From Bacteroidales bacterium (GTDB lineage: Bacteria; Bacteroidota; Bacteroidia; Bacteroidales; JAAYJT01): DNA of 64,000 nt. Below are positions 59,661 to 64,000 of this stretch, in pieces. Position 1 is the stretch's first letter, and each line of letters starts with the position of its first letter. The notes below the pieces were generated by a model. It searched no databases. It was not told the DNA's origin and saw only the letters and a program-made list of their open reading frames with translations. A program made the position numbers and the translations under genes. Where the stretch lies: the NCBI GenBank assembly GCA_049654165.1, contig JBASHR010000108.1, positions 7,999 through 71,998 on the forward strand, written 5' to 3'.

Positions 59661-60407
59661 TCAGGTATTTTTTCTTATCCAATCGTAACCTTTTTCTTCA
59701 AGTTCAAGAGCAAGTTCCTTATTACCCGATTTTACAATACGTCCATCAAAGAGTACATGAACAAAATCGGGGATGATATAATCGAGCAGCCTCTGATAAT
59801 GTGTAATAACTATGAAAGCATTGTCTTTACTACGAAGTTCGTTAACACCTGTTGCCACAACACGAAGTGCATCAATATCCAGCCCCGAATCAGTTTCGTC
59901 AAGTATAGCCAGGCGGGGTTGCAACATTGCCATCTGGAAAATTTCATTCTTTTTCTTTTCCCCTCCTGAGAATCCTTCATTTACTGAACGATTTGTCATG
60001 TTGCTGTGGATATCAAGCATTTTTTTTGCTTCATTCATTTTTGCCAAAAATTCAGGTGCAGGAATAGGGTCAAGACCTTTATATTTTCGTTGTTCGTTAA
60101 TAGCGGTACGCATGAAATTAATTATGCTTACTCCCGGGATTTCAACAGGGTACTGGAATCCAAGAAAGATACCTTCGCAGGCGCGCTGCTCAACAGGCAG
60201 GTCAAGCAAATTCTTGCCATCAAATAAAACCTGACCTCCGGTTACTTCAAATACATCTCTCCCTGCAATAATTGAAGCAAGTGTACTTTTCCCTGTTCCG
60301 TTAGGACCCATTATAGCATGAACTTCGCCTGCCTTTACCTCAAGATTTATTCCCTTGAGAATTTCCTTACCATTTATTGATACTTTTAAGTCTCTTATAC
60401 TTAGCAT
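59661..60407 (-). CDS. sufC: Fe-S cluster assembly ATPase SufC
   Basis: It has Walker A GPNGTGKST, signature FSGGEKKK and Walker B LAILDETDSGLD. Confidence 0.95.
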   Translation of the reverse strand: MLSIRDLKVSINGKEILKGINLEVKAGEVHAIMGPNGTGKSTLASIIAGRDVFEVTGGQVLFDGKNLLDLPVEQRACEGIFLGFQYPVEIPGVSIINFMRTAINEQRKYKGLDPIPAPEFLAKMNEAKKMLDIHSNMTNRSVNEGFSGGEKKKNEIFQMAMLQPRLAILDETDSGLDIDALRVVATGVNELRSKDNAFIVITHYQRLLDYIIPDFVHVLFDGRIVKSGNKELALELEEKGYDWIRKNT

Positions 60408-60482
60408 TTTAGTTAATTTAAAATTAAATCCTGAACAACATATCTTTATTAACTTACTTTTTAAAAATCTTAGGACATTAGT

Positions 60483-61931
60483 TTATCCAACACTTCCCTC
60501 CAGGCTGACAGCCAGAAGCTTTTGTGCTTCAACAGCAAATTCCATTGGTAAATGTTTCAGCACTTCCTTGGCATAACCATTTACAATCAGCGCAATAGCA
60601 TTTTCAGTATCAATACCTCTCTGTTTACAGTAAAACAACTGATCTTCTGATATTTTTGAGGTAGTTGCTTCGTGCTCTACTATTGATGAGGAATTTTCAT
60701 TATGGATATACGGAAATGTATGCGCCCCGCATTTATCGCCCAGCAGAAGCGAATCGCACTGAGTGAAATTCCTAGCATTTACAGCGCGCTTTATCACTTT
60801 CACCAGACCGCGGTAGCTATTATTGCTTTTTCCTGCCGAAATACCTTTTGAGATAATAGTGCTTCTTGTGTTCTTGCCAATATGTATCATTTTGGTACCG
60901 GTATCAGCCTGCTGATGATTATTGGTAACGGCTACTGAATAGAACTCTCCGATGGAGTTATCGCCCTGAAGTATTACACTTGGATATTTCCAGGTGATTG
61001 CCGAACCGGTTTCCACCTGCGTCCATGAGATCTTTGAATTATTTCCCTTGCAAATACCGCGTTTGGTAACAAAATTATATACTCCGCCCTCTCCATTCTT
61101 ATTTCCCGGATACCAGTTTTGCACGGTTGAATATTTCACTTCAGCGTCTTTCATTGCAATTATCTCAACAATTGCTGCATGTAGCTGATTCTCAGAACGC
61201 GAAGGAGCAGTACATCCTTCCATGTAGCTAACATAGCTGCCTTCTTCGGCTACTATGAGTGTACGCTCAAACTGACCGGTATTTGCTGCATTGATACGAA
61301 AATAGGTGGATAGTTCAAGCGGACATCTCACTCCTTTGGGAATAAAGCAAAATGAACCATCAGAAAAAACGGCTGAATTCAATGCAGCGAAATAATTATC
61401 ATCAGGAGGAACTACCGTTGCCATATATTTCTCAACCAAATCGGGGTGGTTTTGAACCGCTTCGCTGAACGAACAAAAAATAATTCCATGCTTGGCAAGA
61501 GTCTCTGTAAAAGTTGTTTTCACTGAAACACTGTCAATTACAGCATCAACAGCTACACCTGTCAGGCGCTTTTGTTCATCAAGCGAAATACCAAGTTTAT
61601 TAAAAGTTTCTATAAGCTCAGGATCCACCTGATCAAGACTTTCAAGCTCAGGTTTCTTTTTTGGAGCGGCATAATAAATAATGTCCTGATAATCAATAGG
61701 AGGATATTTTAAATGTGCCCAATCAGGCTCTTTCATGGTTAACCATTTACGGTAGGCATTGAGCCGGAACTCAAGCATAAAAGGCGGTTCATTCTTCTTT
61801 GCCGACAATGCCCGTATAACATCTTCATTCAATCCTTTTGGAAATATATCCATTTCCAGATCGGTGTAAAAACCATATTTGTAATCCTGACTGGTAACTT
61901 CGTCTAATATATTTTGCTGGTTATTGCTCAT
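60483..61931 (-). CDS. sufB: Fe-S cluster assembly scaffold SufB
   Basis: It is 482 aa and is the first gene of the suf operon. The highly conserved segment [21 protein letters not shown] is present. Confidence 0.95.
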   Translation of the reverse strand: MSNNQQNILDEVTSQDYKYGFYTDLEMDIFPKGLNEDVIRALSAKKNEPPFMLEFRLNAYRKWLTMKEPDWAHLKYPPIDYQDIIYYAAPKKKPELESLDQVDPELIETFNKLGISLDEQKRLTGVAVDAVIDSVSVKTTFTETLAKHGIIFCSFSEAVQNHPDLVEKYMATVVPPDDNYFAALNSAVFSDGSFCFIPKGVRCPLELSTYFRINAANTGQFERTLIVAEEGSYVSYMEGCTAPSRSENQLHAAIVEIIAMKDAEVKYSTVQNWYPGNKNGEGGVYNFVTKRGICKGNNSKISWTQVETGSAITWKYPSVILQGDNSIGEFYSVAVTNNHQQADTGTKMIHIGKNTRSTIISKGISAGKSNNSYRGLVKVIKRAVNARNFTQCDSLLLGDKCGAHTFPYIHNENSSSIVEHEATTSKISEDQLFYCKQRGIDTENAIALIVNGYAKEVLKHLPMEFAVEAQKLLAVSLEGSVG

Positions 61932-62272
61932 TCTGTGAGGTTTATACAGTTACTTAATTAGATTGAATTTAATTAGCAAAAGTAGTAATTAAATCCGTGT
62001 TGCAAACAATTTATTGCTTTCAGCATAATTGAAATATGCTACAGTTCAACAATTTAATAACGAAAAAGTTCTGTATTATCAAGGGTTTTGAAAGAAATGA
62101 AAATTATAGGAGGAGGTTAATAAAATCATGTTTTTATTGACATGAATTACATATGAACCAGAAAAATATGGCAGGCTGAACAAATAACAAACCCTTCTCT
62201 TTTCTTTTCTAAAAACAATGCTAATTGATTAGATATTAACGCTTTAAGTCAGTTTCTCTGTTTGCAGCATGA

Positions 62273-62743
62273 TTACATCTCATTTTTCTGATTCTGACTA
62301 AGCAAATATATTTCAATATCCTGCAATATATGATCAATTCTTTTTGAAGCCTGTGGCTTAATTTGCTGTACCAGAGCAACATCCGGAATATTTTTTAAAG
62401 TTCTCATCAGGTCTTTGATATCCAGAAGGCTCGGGAACTCATCAATAAAGAAGAAATAGTCAACAGGCTGAAGGTCAGCAAGAAGTATGTCTCTATTCGG
62501 ATTTTTATTTGGGATCAGAATCCAGTTGTTTTTATATAGCTCACTGTAATATCTGAACAGCGGAAAATGCTGAACTTCATGAGTTTTTACTGCCATAACA
62601 GATATATCGCTTCCTCTTTTCAAACCAATACTAAAGGCATTGTTTATATGAAAGCACAATTTATAATCGGCCAGTCGGGTAACTATCCCAATGATCGTGA
62701 AATTGTCAGATTCACCTTTAAATATCTTGTGTTTTTTAATCAT
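62273..62743 (-). CDS. Small Bacteroidota-specific protein, probably the IPExxxVDY family
   Basis: It is 156 aa. FTIIGIVTRLADYKLCFHINNAF and LLADLQPVDYFFFI resemble that family's signature, with a diverged IPE. This is recognised from memory only. Confidence 0.5.
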   Translation of the reverse strand: MIKKHKIFKGESDNFTIIGIVTRLADYKLCFHINNAFSIGLKRGSDISVMAVKTHEVQHFPLFRYYSELYKNNWILIPNKNPNRDILLADLQPVDYFFFIDEFPSLLDIKDLMRTLKNIPDVALVQQIKPQASKRIDHILQDIEIYLLSQNQKNEM

Positions 62744-62791
62744 CGGTCATTAAAATACAAAGCCGGACATAAGTATCGGATAACAAGCAAC

Positions 62792-64000
62792 TTACTTTTT
62801 ATCAGGAAACAAATCAAAAACAGCTTTTAAAATACCATCAGTATCAAAACCACATTCATGCTGCAGTTCTTCAATGCGGCCATGCTCAATAAATCTATCG
62901 GGGATTCCAAGTCTTACAACTGTAGCATTATAGTTATTATCAGTCATAAACCCAATAACGGTACTGCCCAGTCCTCCATTAACGGTACCATCCTCAACAG
63001 TAATGACTTTTTTGAATTTACGAAACACCTGATGCAGAATGTCTTCATCAATTGGTTTCAGAAAACGCATATTGTAATGAGCCGCAGTAATGCCTGAATC
63101 AATTAGCTTTTCTTTTACGGTTTTAATGTAATTTCCTACATGGCCTATGGTAAGAATAGCAAGGTCATCGCCATCAGAAACCATATTGCCTTTTCCAATT
63201 TCCAGATACTTAAAGGGTGTTTCCCATTCTGTCATTACACCGTTCCCTCTGGGATAGCGTATTACAAAAGGTCCGGTTTTAACTGACTGGGCTGTAAACA
63301 TCAGGTTGCGCAACTCTTCTTCGTCAATAGGTGAAGAGATGATCATGTTGGGAATGGCATTGAAATAAGCCAGATCATAAGCACCGTGATGAGTTGCACC
63401 GTCTTCGCCGACCAAACCTCCCCGGTCAAGACAGAATATAACAGGCAATTTCTGTAAAGCCACGTCATGGATCACCTGATCGTAAGCCCGCTGCATAAAA
63501 CTCGAATAAATATTGCAATAAGGAACCATACCTCCGGCAGCCAAGCCGGCTGAAAAAGTAACAGCATGTTGTTCGGCGATGCCCACATCAAAAACTCTTT
63601 CAGGCATTTTCTCCATCATATAGGTAAGCGAACAACCAGTTGGCATTGCAGGGGTTATTGCTACAATTTTATCATTCTTCCCGGCAAGCTCAAGGATGGT
63701 TTTGCCAAAAACCTCCTGATATTTTGGAGGTGTGTGCCCGCATTGATTGGTAATCAAGGAACCCGTGTTCCGATCAAACTGTCCGGGTGCATGATAGGTT
63801 GTCTGATCTTTTTCAGCATTTGGAAAACCTTTGCCTTTTTTGGTAATAACATGTAAAAGTTTGGGACCCGGAATATTTTTAAGATCACTAAGTAACTGTG
63901 TTAACCTTATCACATCATGGCCATCCACCGGACCGAAATACCTGAAATTAAAGGCTTCAAACAAATTGCTGCGCCGGAATATTGTTGATTTCAAAGCATT
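62792..64000 (-). CDS. dxs: 1-deoxy-D-xylulose-5-phosphate synthase, C-terminal ~400 aa; the gene continues past the window edge
   Basis: The motifs FRYFGPVDGHDV and DVGIAEQHAVTFSAGLA and a transketolase C-terminal domain are present. The frame is open to position 64000. Confidence 0.9.
   Translation of the reverse strand, partial: NALKSTIFRRSNLFEAFNFRYFGPVDGHDVIRLTQLLSDLKNIPGPKLLHVITKKGKGFPNAEKDQTTYHAPGQFDRNTGSLITNQCGHTPPKYQEVFGKTILELAGKNDKIVAITPAMPTGCSLTYMMEKMPERVFDVGIAEQHAVTFSAGLAAGGMVPYCNIYSSFMQRAYDQVIHDVALQKLPVIFCLDRGGLVGEDGATHHGAYDLAYFNAIPNMIISSPIDEEELRNLMFTAQSVKTGPFVIRYPRGNGVMTEWETPFKYLEIGKGNMVSDGDDLAILTIGHVGNYIKTVKEKLIDSGITAAHYNMRFLKPIDEDILHQVFRKFKKVITVEDGTVNGGLGSTVIGFMTDNNYNATVVRLGIPDRFIEHGRIEELQHECGFDTDGILKAVFDLFPDKK

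Noticed and set aside
1-64000. I looked across the whole window for CRISPR arrays, long tandem or inverted repeats, IS elements, prophage genes and toxin-antitoxin pairs.
   Set aside because: None was found by eye. The only repeated sequences are the diverged dockerin-coding modules, intragenic low-complexity repeats and the short 13-nt direct repeat reported above. A computational self-dot-plot would be needed to be certain.

Overview
This is a low-GC, gene-dense chromosomal window with clear Bacteroidota hallmarks: TAnnTTTG-type -7 promoter boxes, a T9SS C-terminal sorting domain, a TPR-type sensor kinase and many SSC/AGC lipoboxes. Most of it is ordinary housekeeping. That includes serS (partial), rpmA-rplU, mtnA, a lone tRNA-Ala(GGC), a CobB sirtuin, recX and prfB with its programmed +1 frameshift. 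It also includes cvpA, mlaFE-like genes, CoA-transferase A/B subunits, tpx, proS, mazG, lpxK/lpxH, ptb-buk, ndh, rlmN, a complete sufBCDSE-sufT operon and dxs (partial). I saw no CRISPR array, rRNA, integrase, transposase, phage genes or recognisable defence system. Two places look accessory or unusual. (1) At 14.6-27.4 kb, a TPR sensor kinase/LuxR regulator pair sits next to four large secreted proteins. Three are beta-propeller proteins (LVIVD, FG-GAP/ASPIC, FG-GAP) that end in near-identical cysteine-containing dockerin-type modules. The fourth is a 1185-aa adhesin-like protein with a T9SS C-terminal domain. No cohesin is recognisable. A 13-nt direct repeat lies upstream of the first gene. 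(2) At 35.9-39.2 kb, a lipoprotein with an extreme Tyr/Trp/Gly-rich block and a long Ser/Arg/Pro/Gln tail is followed by a FadL-like outer-membrane barrel gene and closed by a strong terminator. Lesser oddities are an Omp85-type barrel fused to TolB-like propeller repeats and a split HdrD/DsrMK-like Fe-S membrane module followed by an FNR-like reductase. All functional calls come from motif recognition by eye. No database search was run.
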